A DNA stretch of 64,000 bases from Dehalococcoidia bacterium (GTDB taxonomy: Bacteria; Chloroflexota; Dehalococcoidia; Bin125): the NCBI GenBank assembly GCA_963555985.3, contig OY820591.1:352001-416000 (forward strand), read 5' to 3'. Below the pieces are notes generated by a model that was not told the origin of the DNA, made no database searches, and saw only the letters and a program-made list of their open reading frames with translations. Numbering within the stretch: position 1 is the first letter of the stretch; each line of letters starts with the position of its first letter. Both the position numbers and the translations under genes were made by a program. This document shows, piece after piece, positions 1 to 10,319 of this stretch.

Positions 1-314
1 GCAGCTTCCCGCTCACGCTCCTCCGCGTTGAGCGAATAGGCGTGTGCGGCGATGCCGCCCATGCCGTGCGATCCCCAGGCGATCACTAGGTCTTCGATTT
101 CATGCAGGACCGGAGCCGGAACCGCCTTGCGCGGCAGGCGCAGTTCCGCAATGCGAGTCCATGCCGCCGCGAGCGCCGGCGCGCTCACCGGCGATTCAGA
201 GATATCGCCGACCGCATCCCGTAGCCGCTGGAGCGTCGGTTCAAGCTGTTGCGATGTGTACGTCGCGTCGCCGTGCTCGCGGAACATCTCCGGCAGATCG
301 AAGTCGTCCGGCAT
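1..314 (-). CDS. hypothetical protein, runs off the window edge (MPDDFDLPEMFREHGD...)
   Basis: Read by hand: ATG at 314 lies 7 nt after the P450 stop, and the frame is open to position 1. Confidence 0.55.
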   Translation of the reverse strand, partial: MPDDFDLPEMFREHGDATYTSQQLEPTLQRLRDAVGDISESPVSAPALAAAWTRIAELRLPRKAVPAPVLHEIEDLVIAWGSHGMGGIAAHAYSLNAEEREREA

Positions 315-321
315 CTCTGCG

Positions 322-1581
322 CTATGCCCTGTCGAAGAGGATGTGCAGGTCGTTGAGGCCGCGCAGGATGAAACTAGGCACGTGGTTCGGAGTCGGATAG
401 TCCGGATCGAGACGGAAGTTCGTCATCCGCCCGAGTACCTCCTCGAACGCCACCCTAATCTCTAGTCGGGCCAGGGCCGCTCCGATGCAGTAGTGCGGAC
501 CCGCGCTGAAGGCGACGTGCCTCGGTGCGTTCTCTCGATTCACGTCGAACTGGCCCGCATTCGCAAACGTGCATTCGTCACGGTTGGCGGCTGCGTAGAG
601 CAGCATGACCCGCGTCTGCTCCGGCAAATCGACGCCGCCAAGCGTGACCGCCCTGGTCGTGGTGCGGAAGAGCGCCCGAACCGGGGACTCCACTCGCAAC
701 GCCTCCTCCGCCATGTTGGTGATCAGCGATGGATCGGCTTGCACCGAGGCGAGCTGGTCGGGATTCTCGATCAAGAGCAGCATCGCGCTGCCGATCAGGT
801 GAGCGGTCGTCTCCTTGCCTGCGACCTGGAGCTGCTGGAGGATGCTCAGGATCTCGTCGTCGTTGAGCGGGCGCGAGCCGTCGTCGGTCTCCAGTTCGGC
901 GGTCACCAGCGTGGTCAGCATGTCGTCTTGAGGATCTTGCCGGCGCTGCTCGGCTCGTTCCAGGAAGTACTCCTGGAGTTCGATGCCGGCGCGCAGGACG
1001 GCGCGTTCCTCCTCCGGCGGGATGGTTCGCTCGATCCCGCCGATGGCGAAGTCGGCGCGGCGCTTGAATTCGCGCAGCTCCGAGCGCGGCACTCCGATCT
1101 GGTCGGCGATCACGGCCATCGGCAACTCGTCGGCGAACTGCTTGGTGAAGTTGGCCTTACCCTCGTCGATGAAGCCATCAATCAGATCCGTGACGATCTC
1201 GCGGACGTATCCCTCCATGCCCATGATCCGCCTCGGCGCGAGCGCCTTGTCGACCAGCGATCGATAGCGGCGGTGGTAGGGCGGGTCGGCGGCGAGCAGC
1301 GTAGGCACGCTGGCCCGCCCGAAGGTGCGTCGCAGCTGGTCCAGTTCCGCATCATCGCCGCCACCGCTGCGTCCAGGCGTCGCGGCGTTGCCCACGGCCA
1401 TCGCGGACGAGTAGGTCTCGGGATCGTGCACGACTTCCTGTAGCAGGTCATAGCTGCTGACCACGAAGAATGCCATGCCAGGCGCCTCCCACACCGGGGC
1501 CTCGGCGTGCAGCGCCGCGTAGAACGGATAGGGACACTCAAGCGTTTCGGGATCTATCGGGTTGTAATCGCTGAGCGCCAT
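322..1581 (-). CDS. cytochrome P450
   Basis: I-helix AGKETT, ExxR (EALR), heme motif FSAGPHYCIG; start taken at ATG 1581 (track ORF begins 1605). Confidence 0.95.
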   Translation of the reverse strand: MALSDYNPIDPETLECPYPFYAALHAEAPVWEAPGMAFFVVSSYDLLQEVVHDPETYSSAMAVGNAATPGRSGGGDDAELDQLRRTFGRASVPTLLAADPPYHRRYRSLVDKALAPRRIMGMEGYVREIVTDLIDGFIDEGKANFTKQFADELPMAVIADQIGVPRSELREFKRRADFAIGGIERTIPPEEERAVLRAGIELQEYFLERAEQRRQDPQDDMLTTLVTAELETDDGSRPLNDDEILSILQQLQVAGKETTAHLIGSAMLLLIENPDQLASVQADPSLITNMAEEALRVESPVRALFRTTTRAVTLGGVDLPEQTRVMLLYAAANRDECTFANAGQFDVNRENAPRHVAFSAGPHYCIGAALARLEIRVAFEEVLGRMTNFRLDPDYPTPNHVPSFILRGLNDLHILFDRA

Positions 1582-1721
1582 GATCGACTCCCCCGCCCTG
1601 GTCACTGATCGCCGGTGACCCCATTCTATGGGTCGTCCCAGTGTCGACGAGCCAGGCGCACGCGACCGCGACGATTGTGATCCTCGATAATGCCGCCAAC
1701 TTCACCTGAGGGGAGCGGATC

Positions 1722-2858
1722 GTGATTGAATCGCTGGGTATTGAGCACCTGTTCGACCTCACGGCAGAGGAGAAGGTGCTCGCGTTCTTCACTCCGCTGG
1801 TCATCTTCGCGGCGTTCGCTGTCGCCCAGATGGCGATGGCGGCCCGCAAAGTGACCGGGTACGTGGTTAATCCCGAGACCGGGGAGCCGCGCACCTACCG
1901 GCTGAACGGGCTCCTGGTCTTCGCGATCGCGTTGGTCATTTGGGCCACCGAAGCCACCGGGATGCCGCGCGACTGGTTTTACCGGGCGTCGATCTGGTCC
2001 GTGTTCGGCGGCACGGTTTTCGCCGCTATCTTTTCGCTGATCGCCATGTTGAGTCAGCCGCAAGGCGAGGTGCAGAACCCGATCATCGCCTTCTACCTGG
2101 GCCGCAAGCAGGAGTTCTCATTCTTCAACGAGTATTTCGACGTCAAGATGTGGTTCTACGTCGTCGGCGGAACGATGTTGTCGCTGAACGCGTTGTCAGG
2201 CGCGGTCTGGCACCACGAGAATTTCGCCGATGCGAATCTCGGTGTCTACCTGTATGCGGCGATCTACACGTTCTACATCCTCGACTACTTCATCTTTGAG
2301 CGGGTGCAGCTCTATACCTACGACCTGATCCACGAGAACACGGGATTCAAGCTGTTTTGGGGCGGGCTGGTGGTCTACGGCTGGCTGTTCATCCTGCCGT
2401 TGTGGGCGATGGCTGCTCAGCCGGATCCCGGGTTTTCGGCGGCCGCATCGTACGCGCTGGTCGCGGGCGCGGGCGCGCTGTTCCTCGTCGGCTGGACCAT
2501 CTCGCGCGGGGCCAACCTGCAGAAGTACACGTTCAAACGCTGGCCCGAGCGCAAGTTCCTGGGGCTGATTGAACCGGAATACATCGTGGCGGGCGATCGG
2601 AAGATTCTCTGCAGCGGATTCTGGGGCCGGGCTCGGCACTTCAACTACTTCGGCGAGGGTCTGTTCGGGCTGGCGATCGCGCTGAGTTTCGGCCACTTCG
2701 GCAATCCCTGGGCCTGGAGCTACATGCTCTTCGTCGTGACCATGTTCACCTGGCGGCAGATCGAGGACGACCGAGCCTGCGCCGCAAAGTACGGCCCCGA
2801 AAAGTGGGCCGAGTACCAGGAGCGAGTCCCCTGGCGCATCTTGCCCGGCATCTACTGA
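1722..2858 (+). CDS. ERG4/ERG24 (DHCR7/LBR)-family sterol reductase-like membrane protein
   Basis: Multi-TM; YRLNG, ENTGFKL, ARHFNYFGE, DDRACAAKYG and C-terminal RVPWRILPGIY typical of the family. Confidence 0.85.
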   Translation: MIESLGIEHLFDLTAEEKVLAFFTPLVIFAAFAVAQMAMAARKVTGYVVNPETGEPRTYRLNGLLVFAIALVIWATEATGMPRDWFYRASIWSVFGGTVFAAIFSLIAMLSQPQGEVQNPIIAFYLGRKQEFSFFNEYFDVKMWFYVVGGTMLSLNALSGAVWHHENFADANLGVYLYAAIYTFYILDYFIFERVQLYTYDLIHENTGFKLFWGGLVVYGWLFILPLWAMAAQPDPGFSAAASYALVAGAGALFLVGWTISRGANLQKYTFKRWPERKFLGLIEPEYIVAGDRKILCSGFWGRARHFNYFGEGLFGLAIALSFGHFGNPWAWSYMLFVVTMFTWRQIEDDRACAAKYGPEKWAEYQERVPWRILPGIY

Positions 2859-2914
2859 GCCGAACACTCACCGGGGCTTGGCTAGACTCTGCACATGCTA
2901 ACCGGAGTCAGTAT

Positions 2915-3275
2915 CTGCCCGGCGGCAACCTGGGACCGCGTTGGCTCGGCGTGCTGCTCGAGCATGGCTTCTCCTACGACAGCTCCATGGCGCCAAACGA
3001 CTTCCAGCCGACCTGGCGCCGAATGGGTGATGTGATCAAGACCGATGGCTCCTTCGAATTCGGCCGCGAAGTCGATCTGGTCGGCCGAGTTCGACTGCCT
3101 CTATCAGCAGGTCGGTTCCGGCGTCTTTGTGCTCACGATGCATCCCCAGTGCATCGGCAAGGGCAGCCGCATGCTCATGCTCGAGCGCCTGATCAATCAC
3201 ATCAAGAGCCACGACGGCGTCCGCTTCCGCACGATGCAGGATGTCGCCGCTGAGTTCCGGGCGGCCGCATCCTGA
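2915..3275 (+). pseudogene. fragment of polysaccharide deacetylase (paralog of 23342..24187): 5' half missing, internal frameshifting deletion
   Basis: LPGGNLGPRWL...EVDLV in one frame, then WSAEFD...LTMHPQCIGKGSRML in another; both match the intact copy. Confidence 0.85.
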
Positions 3276-3331
3276 TCCCATCTCCAAAAGGAGACTTGCG
3301 CGCAAGTCGCCGCGACCCGGCTGGGGACAAC

Positions 3332-3354
3332 CCCCTCTCCCGCTGGGAGAGGGG
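3332..3354. repeat. short REP-like palindrome CCCCTCTCCC-GCT-GGGAGAGGGG
   Basis: Perfect 10-bp stem; degenerate relative at ~54243-54264. Confidence 0.6.
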
Positions 3355-3442
3355 ACCGGAAAGGGAGGTTCGCGCAGGTCTCAAGTGGGAGAGGCATGTA
3401 TCGCCCTTACCATCGCCCTGTGTATCGATGAGTGAGGAGTGA

Positions 3443-4846
3443 GTGATGACCAACACCAGCTACGACCCAACGACGTATCAACTACTTACCTTCCACGACG
3501 CAACGTCTGCCTTCCGCAGCGGCGGCGATACGCCGAGCGCCTACCTCGAACGCTGCCTTGCGACCGTTGAAGCGCGCGAGCCAGTCGTCCAAGCATTCGC
3601 CCACGTTAATCCCGCGTTGGCTCGCGAGGCAGCGGAAGCGAGTACCAGGCGCTGGGCGGCGGGCAGTCCGCGCTCTGCGATCGACGGCATGCCGATCGGG
3701 ATCAAGGACCTGCTGGAGACCAGGGACATGCCCACCGAGTTCGGCTGCGAGGCCTGGCGCGGCAATTTCCCGAAACGCGATAACGCCGCCGTCTGGGCCC
3801 TCCGCGAAGCAGGAGCGGTCATCGTTGGCAAGACCGTCACCGCCGAGCTGGGTGGAGCGCAGCCCGGTCCGACCACCAATCCCTTCGACCCGGCCCGCTC
3901 GCCGGGCGGCTCATCCTCCGGCTCGGCGGCGGCGGTTGGAGCGCGGATGCTGCCGGCTGCGATCGGTTCGCAGGTCGGCGGCTCGATCATCCGGCCGGCG
4001 GCCTACTGCGGCAACGTGGCGCTGAAGCCGACTCAGGGCGGCATCAACAGGGGCGAGCGTCAGGCCACCAGCATGAGCACCCACGGAGTCCACGCCGGCT
4101 GCCTTGAGGACATGTGGCAGGTCGCCATCGAGATCGTCAAACGCGCCGGCGGCGACCGCGGTTGGCCGGGCATCCAGGGCCCCGGCACGACTCCCGCGCC
4201 TCGCAAGCCTACGCGGCTGATCGTGCTTGAGACCCAGGGCTGGAACGAGCTTGACGACGCCAGCAAGACCGGCTTTGCCCAGCTGCTCGAGCAATTGCGA
4301 AGTCTGGGAGTCGAGACCATCGGGCGGCGAGAGCACCGCCTGGCCGAAGCGCTCGAATGCGCTGTCGGCGACGCCCGCGATGTTTGCAACGCGATCACCA
4401 ACTGGGAGAACCGATGGGCGACTCGCAATCTCGTCGATCTGTATCCGGACGCCGTGAGCCGGCGGGCGCAGGAAGCGCTCGCGCAGGCCGAGTCGATGTC
4501 GGTCGACGACTACCGCGCGGCCCTGCTCGCGCGCGACATCGCCCAGCAATCGCACCGGGCTGCGGCAGGCGTCGGTGACGCCATCATCACGCTTGCCTGC
4601 CCCGGTCCCGCGCAGGTCTGGCTCGGCGATCGGCCTGGACAGCCGCTCGACCCGCGCCCGACCGGCGACCCGGTCTTCAACTTTCCCAGCTCGATGCTCT
4701 TCGCCCCCGCCGTCACGATGCCGCTGATGGGTGTCGGCGGGATGCCGGTCGGGGTGCAGGTCTTCGGAGTTCCTCACCAGGACGCGGATATGACCTCGAT
4801 CGCTCGTTGGATGCTCGGAGCCCTGGATCCGGTCACGGTCGGCTAA
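3443..4846 (+). CDS. amidase (amidase signature family)
   Basis: IKD catalytic Lys, GGSSSGSAAAV, GSQVGGSI. Confidence 0.92.
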   Translation: MMTNTSYDPTTYQLLTFHDATSAFRSGGDTPSAYLERCLATVEAREPVVQAFAHVNPALAREAAEASTRRWAAGSPRSAIDGMPIGIKDLLETRDMPTEFGCEAWRGNFPKRDNAAVWALREAGAVIVGKTVTAELGGAQPGPTTNPFDPARSPGGSSSGSAAAVGARMLPAAIGSQVGGSIIRPAAYCGNVALKPTQGGINRGERQATSMSTHGVHAGCLEDMWQVAIEIVKRAGGDRGWPGIQGPGTTPAPRKPTRLIVLETQGWNELDDASKTGFAQLLEQLRSLGVETIGRREHRLAEALECAVGDARDVCNAITNWENRWATRNLVDLYPDAVSRRAQEALAQAESMSVDDYRAALLARDIAQQSHRAAAGVGDAIITLACPGPAQVWLGDRPGQPLDPRPTGDPVFNFPSSMLFAPAVTMPLMGVGGMPVGVQVFGVPHQDADMTSIARWMLGALDPVTVG

Positions 4847-4905
4847 CGCGACGCCAATCGACGATCTATCCTCGCCGCACATCGATTCCCCCTGGAGACC
4901 TGACC

Positions 4906-6360
4906 ATGACCACGACCGAATCCCCATCCGCCGCCATCCGCGCCCGCCTCGATCATCCGATCATTGACGGCGACTCGCACATCGTCGAGTTCATGCCGAC
5001 CTTCTTCGACTATCTCAAGGATGTGGGCGGTTCGGAGATCGTCAAGCGCTACCGCGACTCCAGCGTCAGCCGCCGCTGGGCGGCGATGAGCTGGGACGAG
5101 CGCCGGGCCGAGCGGATGACGATCCCGCCCTGGTGGGCGCTGCCGACCGAGAACACGCTCGACCGCGCGACGGCGATGATGCCCGCGCTGCTGCACGAGC
5201 GCATGGACGAGGTCGGGATGGACTTCGTCGTGCTCTATCCGACGATCGGGCTCGGCTTCCCGCACATGCAGGACGATGAGGTGCGGCAGGCGGTCTGCCG
5301 CGCGTTCAACGAGTTCACGGCCGAACAGTACGGCGGGTTTTCCGACCGCATGACGGTGGCGGCGGTGATCCCGCTGCATACGCCCGAAGAGGGCATCGCC
5401 GAACTGGAGCACGCGCACTCGCTGGGCCTGAAGGTGGCGCAGATGCCGGCCTACATTCGCCGCCCCGTGCCCGCGATCGCCGAGAAGTATCCGGAGCTGG
5501 CCAATCAGGTGACCTGGCTGGACGCATTCGCGATCGACAGCGAGTACGACTACGACCCGTTCTGGCAGCGCTGTCTCGATCTGGGCTTTGCGGTTGCTTC
5601 GCACTCCTCCGGCATGGGCTTCATCGACCGCGCCTCGATCTCGAACTACATGTACAACCACATCGGTCACTTCGCGGCTGCGGGCGAGGTGCTCTGCAAG
5701 TCGCTGCTGATGGGCGGCGTGACGACCCGCTTCCCCGAGTTGCGGGTGGCGCTGCTCGAAGGCGGCGTGGCGCACGGCGCGCGGATCTACGCGGACATCA
5801 TCGCGCGTTGGGAGAAACGTAGCCCGGATCGGCTCCGGCGCCTCGATCCCGGGAATATCGACATTGAGCTGGCTCAGGACCTGTTCAGCCGCTACGGCGG
5901 CGAGCTGACCGAGGGCAAGCTGGATGATCTGCCCCGGACGCTGGGCATGACCGCGCCCGACGTTGAGGAGCGGCTGCGGGACAACTTCAGCGAGATGAAC
6001 ATTGAGCGGGCGGAGGACTTCTACGACCGCTTCGTGCCCTCGTTCTACTTCGGCTGCGAGGCTGACGACCCGGTCACGGCCTGGGCCTTCGACGACAAGG
6101 TCAACCCGTTCGGGGCCAAGATTCGGGCCTTCATGAGCACCGATCTCGGTCACTGGGATGTACCCGACATGTCGACGGCCGTCGCCGAGGCCTACGAGCC
6201 GGTTGAGAACGGAGTGATCAGCCCGGAGGACTTCCGCGACTTCGCCTTCACCAACCAGCTTCGGCTCTACGCCCACTCCAACCCGAACTTCTTCAAGGGC
6301 ACGATTGTCGAAGACGCCGCCGCCGATGCGCTGGCGCAGGAGTCGGCGAACGGCGTCTAG
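4906..6360 (+). CDS. amidohydrolase family protein (amidohydro_2)
   Basis: IIDGDSH metal motif, LYPT, LEGG, STDLGHWD; GGAG before ATG 4906. Confidence 0.88.
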   Translation: MTTTESPSAAIRARLDHPIIDGDSHIVEFMPTFFDYLKDVGGSEIVKRYRDSSVSRRWAAMSWDERRAERMTIPPWWALPTENTLDRATAMMPALLHERMDEVGMDFVVLYPTIGLGFPHMQDDEVRQAVCRAFNEFTAEQYGGFSDRMTVAAVIPLHTPEEGIAELEHAHSLGLKVAQMPAYIRRPVPAIAEKYPELANQVTWLDAFAIDSEYDYDPFWQRCLDLGFAVASHSSGMGFIDRASISNYMYNHIGHFAAAGEVLCKSLLMGGVTTRFPELRVALLEGGVAHGARIYADIIARWEKRSPDRLRRLDPGNIDIELAQDLFSRYGGELTEGKLDDLPRTLGMTAPDVEERLRDNFSEMNIERAEDFYDRFVPSFYFGCEADDPVTAWAFDDKVNPFGAKIRAFMSTDLGHWDVPDMSTAVAEAYEPVENGVISPEDFRDFAFTNQLRLYAHSNPNFFKGTIVEDAAADALAQESANGV

Positions 6361-6372
6361 GCCGGCTCTGGG

Positions 6373-7998
6373 CTAGGCGAGGCGGAAGCCTTCGTAGCCG
6401 TTGGCGGCGGATTGCGCCAGGTGTTCGCGGTAGCGGAGGGAGCCTCCGGGGTAGATCTGGTAGCGGGTTTGGTCGTGCTTGCCGTGGCCTTCGACGTTGG
6501 AGTTGTAGCCGGTGAACCAGCTTTTGACTTTGCTCATGAGCTGGAACTGGTACATCTCCTGGACATGTTGGAGCCAATCCAACTCGGCTTGCTGGTCGGC
6601 TTCGACGCGGCGATAGCCGTGGTCGCGCATGTAGCTGAGCAGGTCGGAAATCCAGTCGACGGAGGTCTCGATGCCGCGGGGGAAGTTGGTGGAGACGGAG
6701 CCGCCCTGGGGTCCGGTGAGCATGAGCAGGTTGGGGAAGCCGGCGGCCTGCATTCCGAGGAAGGTGTGGGGGCCGTCGGCCCAGCGGTCGCGCAGGGCGA
6801 GGCCGCCGGCGCCGGTGAAGTTGATCCGGTCGAAGGCGCCGGTGATTGCGTCGAAGCCGGTGGCGTAGATGATTAGGTCGAACTCGAACTCCTGGTAGGA
6901 GGTGCGGATGCCGTTGGGGGTGATCCGCTCGATTGGGGTCTCGCTGATGTCGATCAGGTGGACGTTGCCGCGGTTGTAGGCCTCGTAGTAGCGGGTTTCG
7001 AGGGGGACGCGGCGGGTGCCGAAGCCGTGGTCTTTGGGGATCAGCTTTTCGGCGGTGATCGGGTCGTGGACGCGCTCACGGATCTTGCCGGCGATGAATT
7101 CGGAGTACTCGGCGTTGGCTTCGGGGTTGATGCCGACGTCGATGAAGTTGCTCATCCACTTGCTGAAGCCGGGGGTTTCGTAGAGCTTCTGCCAGAGCGC
7201 GAGGCGCTCTTCTTCGGGCACGTCGTGGAACTTGCGCGGATCGGGGGCGTGGATGAAGCCGCCGGCGTTGCGGTGGCAGAGGTCGAAGATCTCGTCGTAG
7301 GAGGCTTTGATCGCGGCCATCTCGGTCTCGTCGATGGGGCCGTTGTGGAGCGGCGCGCACCAGTTGGGTCGGCGCTGGAAGACGGTCAGATCGCCGACCT
7401 TATCGGCGATCTCGGCGATCACCTGGACGCCGGTCGCGCCGGTGCCGATCACGGCGACGCGCTTGCCCCCCATGTCGACCGGCTCGTGGGGCCAGTAGTA
7501 GGTGTGCCAGGCTTCGCCTTCGAAGCTGTCAATGCCCTCGATCCGGGGCAGGGTGGCGGCGGAGAGCATGCCGATCGCGGTGAGCAGGAAGCGGCTGGTG
7601 AGTTCGCGGCCGTCTTCAAGGTTGACCCTCCAGAAGCAACCCTGCTCGTCGAACGAGGCGCCGGCGACCTTGCAGCCGAACTGCATGTGGCGGCGCAGAT
7701 CGAACTTGTCGACGACGTGGTTGAGGTAGCGCAGGGTCTCGGGCTGTCCGGCGAAGTGCTCGCTCCAGTCCCACTCGTCGAGCAGTTCTTTGGAGAAGGA
7801 GTAGCCGTAGGTGTAGCTCTCGGAGTCGAAGCGGGCGCCGGGGTAGCGGTTCCAGTACCAGGTGCCGCCGGGTCCGTCGGCGGTTTCGAGGACGGTGGCT
7901 TCGATGCCGAGTTCTTGGAGGCGGTAGAGCTGGTAGATGCCGGCGACGCCGGCGCCGATGATGATGGCTTCGTGCTGGGGTTGGTCTTGATCGGTCAT
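6373..7998 (-). CDS. Baeyer-Villiger monooxygenase (cyclohexanone monooxygenase family)
   Basis: GAGVAG, GGTWYWNRYPG, FEGEAWHTYYWP fingerprint, GTGATG, ATGF. Confidence 0.95.
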   Translation of the reverse strand: MTDQDQPQHEAIIIGAGVAGIYQLYRLQELGIEATVLETADGPGGTWYWNRYPGARFDSESYTYGYSFSKELLDEWDWSEHFAGQPETLRYLNHVVDKFDLRRHMQFGCKVAGASFDEQGCFWRVNLEDGRELTSRFLLTAIGMLSAATLPRIEGIDSFEGEAWHTYYWPHEPVDMGGKRVAVIGTGATGVQVIAEIADKVGDLTVFQRRPNWCAPLHNGPIDETEMAAIKASYDEIFDLCHRNAGGFIHAPDPRKFHDVPEEERLALWQKLYETPGFSKWMSNFIDVGINPEANAEYSEFIAGKIRERVHDPITAEKLIPKDHGFGTRRVPLETRYYEAYNRGNVHLIDISETPIERITPNGIRTSYQEFEFDLIIYATGFDAITGAFDRINFTGAGGLALRDRWADGPHTFLGMQAAGFPNLLMLTGPQGGSVSTNFPRGIETSVDWISDLLSYMRDHGYRRVEADQQAELDWLQHVQEMYQFQLMSKVKSWFTGYNSNVEGHGKHDQTRYQIYPGGSLRYREHLAQSAANGYEGFRLA

Positions 7999-8035
7999 CG
8001 TTCGCTCCTTCGCTCAGGCAAGGCAGAGGCTAGTC

Positions 8036-8345
8036 CGCGAGGGGTTGTTCGGCAACGAAAAAAAATCGTTGGCGTTCAGGTGTTCAGGGACAATTTTTTT
8101 CTGGGGGCCTTTGCGTGCGAATCTCCGGTAAAACACTGGAGATCGTGTGTTCGGTCGTTCAGCTTTGTTCAGGTTGGGGTGTTCGATTGCGTTCGATTTC
8201 GTTCGGCTAGGTTCGCGGGTGTTTTTCGGTGTGCTGTCAGGTTGTCCGGGGTTCGTCCGGATGGCGGCGATGGTCATGTTGGCTGCTTGCGGATGCGGGT
8301 TTGCGGGTTGGGTGGGATCGATTATATACGTATGGATGTGCTGTT
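8036..8345 (-). repeat. dispersed ~300-bp element, copy A
   Basis: Colinear with 15419-15692, near-identical over ~110 bp; GTTC at 10-bp period; minus-strand TATAAT at ~8321-8326. Confidence 0.8.
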
Positions 8346-8472
8346 AGAGTGGGGGGGGTTGGCTGAGAGTGTCGGAGGCGACAGTCGTCATGGCGGAGAA
8401 GTGGAGGCGCGGCGCATCTTGGCTGAACGCAGTACCGTCGTTCGGAGCCGGACCCGCCTGGGAGCTGACGCC

Positions 8473-9456
8473 ATGTTGCCGTCGATCCGCATCGACAGCT
8501 GGGACGATTGGACTCGGGTCTACAACGACGTCTCCGTCTGGCGGGGTCTCATCGACGCGATTTGCGTGCGGGAGGGCCTCGGCTACCGGCAAATCCATCC
8601 GGCCAGCGCGAACACCAACGCCGTCTTCCTCCTCGACCGCGCCTACGCACTCAAGATTTACAGCCCGTTTTGGGACGAGTTCGAGTTTGAGTGCGCGCTG
8701 CTTGACGCGCTCGGGCCTAACGAGGAAATTCCCACTCCGTACCTCGTCGGCTCCGGACAAGTCAGCGATGCTGCCGGAGTGGCCTGGGACTATCTGATCA
8801 CCCGCTACTGCGCAGCCCGACCCTACTCGGAGCTTCGCCAGCAACTTTCCGAAGATGACGCCTTGTCGATCGCCGCGCAGCTTGGCCCGACGCTGCGCGC
8901 GCTGCACGAATTGGATCTGAATCTGGTTGCCAACGCGGCGACCGAGCGGGCCTGGACCGATGTCGTAGCCGAGCGCCGGCGCAATGCGCTCAATGAGCTC
9001 ATTCAAGCAGGAGTGCTGAGCGCCGCCATTGTCAGTTCCCTCGAATTCTCGCTTGACGATGCGATCGCGGCGGACCGGCAAGAGTCTCGCGTCATCGCGC
9101 ATGGCGACCTCGGCGCCGATCACGTGCTTTGCGCGCCAACCGACAACGGCTGGCAAATCGAAGCGCTGATCGACTTCGGAGACGCCAAGATCGGAACGTG
9201 GGAATACGAGTGGATGCCGCTGTGGCTGGGCTGTTTCGCCGGCGAACCTGGCTTCGCCCGCGTTTTCCTCAACGCCTACGATCCTACCCTTCTAGAAGAT
9301 CCCGAATTCCCCAGGCGAGCCGTCGCCTGGACTCTCCTCCACGACTTCGGCGCCGACGAGATCAAGAGGCTTTGGCGAGAGCAGGGTGCGGTTGGGCCGA
9401 TTGAGTCGATCGAAGTGCTGAAGCAGTTGCTCTGTCCAGAATCGATCTTGCCGTGA
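8473..9456 (+). CDS. aminoglycoside phosphotransferase (APH/kinase-like) family protein
   Basis: ALKIY, HGDLGADH, IDFGD; GGAG before ATG 8473. Confidence 0.85.
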   Translation: MLPSIRIDSWDDWTRVYNDVSVWRGLIDAICVREGLGYRQIHPASANTNAVFLLDRAYALKIYSPFWDEFEFECALLDALGPNEEIPTPYLVGSGQVSDAAGVAWDYLITRYCAARPYSELRQQLSEDDALSIAAQLGPTLRALHELDLNLVANAATERAWTDVVAERRRNALNELIQAGVLSAAIVSSLEFSLDDAIAADRQESRVIAHGDLGADHVLCAPTDNGWQIEALIDFGDAKIGTWEYEWMPLWLGCFAGEPGFARVFLNAYDPTLLEDPEFPRRAVAWTLLHDFGADEIKRLWREQGAVGPIESIEVLKQLLCPESILP

Positions 9457-9501
9457 CTCAGGCGTGTTGGGAGACCACGAGCAGACAATAGGGCCACTCT
9501 C

Positions 9502-10173
9502 TTAAGGAATCTGTGATAGGTTCCTGGCTACACTTGCTAAGTTCCTAATAGCAGATGGCAATTCTCTAAACGTAGCGACCTTGGCAGTTGCTTTGGACAA
9601 GTCGTGGGCTGCAGTGAACTCGTTGGCAACCACAATACAGTCAATGCCCGCCGCGATTGCTGACTTCAATCCCCTCGCCGAGTCTTCAACAACAACCGCT
9701 TCAGCGGCAGTCGCGCCAAAGCGTTGGAGCCCTGTCAGATAGGGTTCGGGATGTGGTTTGGCTCGCCCATAATCCTCTACTGTCAGATAGAACTCCATGT
9801 AGTCCAGGATGGAGCGATGTTCATGTATCAAGGCGAAGTCAGGTCGTTTGGATGTCGTAACTATGCCCATCCTATACGTATCTGCGAGTTTGGCTAACGT
9901 TTGCAGAACGCCCTTGATCTCGATGTCTTCGGTCATCAGGTATTCCTGATAGTATCGGTTTCTTAGTTCTCGGCCACGTTTAATTTCAGATTCGGATATT
10001 CCTGAGGCTCGCGCCGCTTCCCAGGCGGAAACTCCATTGGCCATGTTCACCAGGTATGCGTCTCGTGGGAGATCAATGCCGAGAGATTCCAGCGCTCGTT
10101 TGTTTGCCAGGTAATACCAAGATTCTGTTTCGACTAACACCCCGTCATGGTCGAAGAGAATGTATCTTTTCAC
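9502..10173 (-). CDS. HAD-family phosphatase (subfamily IA)
   Basis: FDHDGVL, TTS, KPHPE, EDS; visibly lower GC than neighbours; probable GTG start at 10173. Confidence 0.88.
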   Translation of the reverse strand: MKRYILFDHDGVLVETESWYYLANKRALESLGIDLPRDAYLVNMANGVSAWEAARASGISESEIKRGRELRNRYYQEYLMTEDIEIKGVLQTLAKLADTYRMGIVTTSKRPDFALIHEHRSILDYMEFYLTVEDYGRAKPHPEPYLTGLQRFGATAAEAVVVEDSARGLKSAIAAGIDCIVVANEFTAAHDLSKATAKVATFRELPSAIRNLASVARNLSQIP

Positions 10174-10319
10174 TTTTGCGCTCCGTTCGATTCGTCCGAA
10201 GTCTGGGTCTGCCTGGTACGCGAATGGTATCACAAGGCGGTATTGACTCTGATTCGCCGACGCAGTTCACACATCCATGCTCTCGACCAGGCGCACGGCC
10301 TGGCGTTCTTCGTTGCTGA

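Noticed and set aside
6958-8472. N-terminal extension giving an 832-aa APH ORF
   Set aside because: Antisense to the BVMO and runs through repeat copy A; ATG 8473 has an RBS
8473-9456. APH gene as an antibiotic-resistance determinant
   Set aside because: Only generic kinase motifs are visible; substrate cannot be inferred and there is no mobile context
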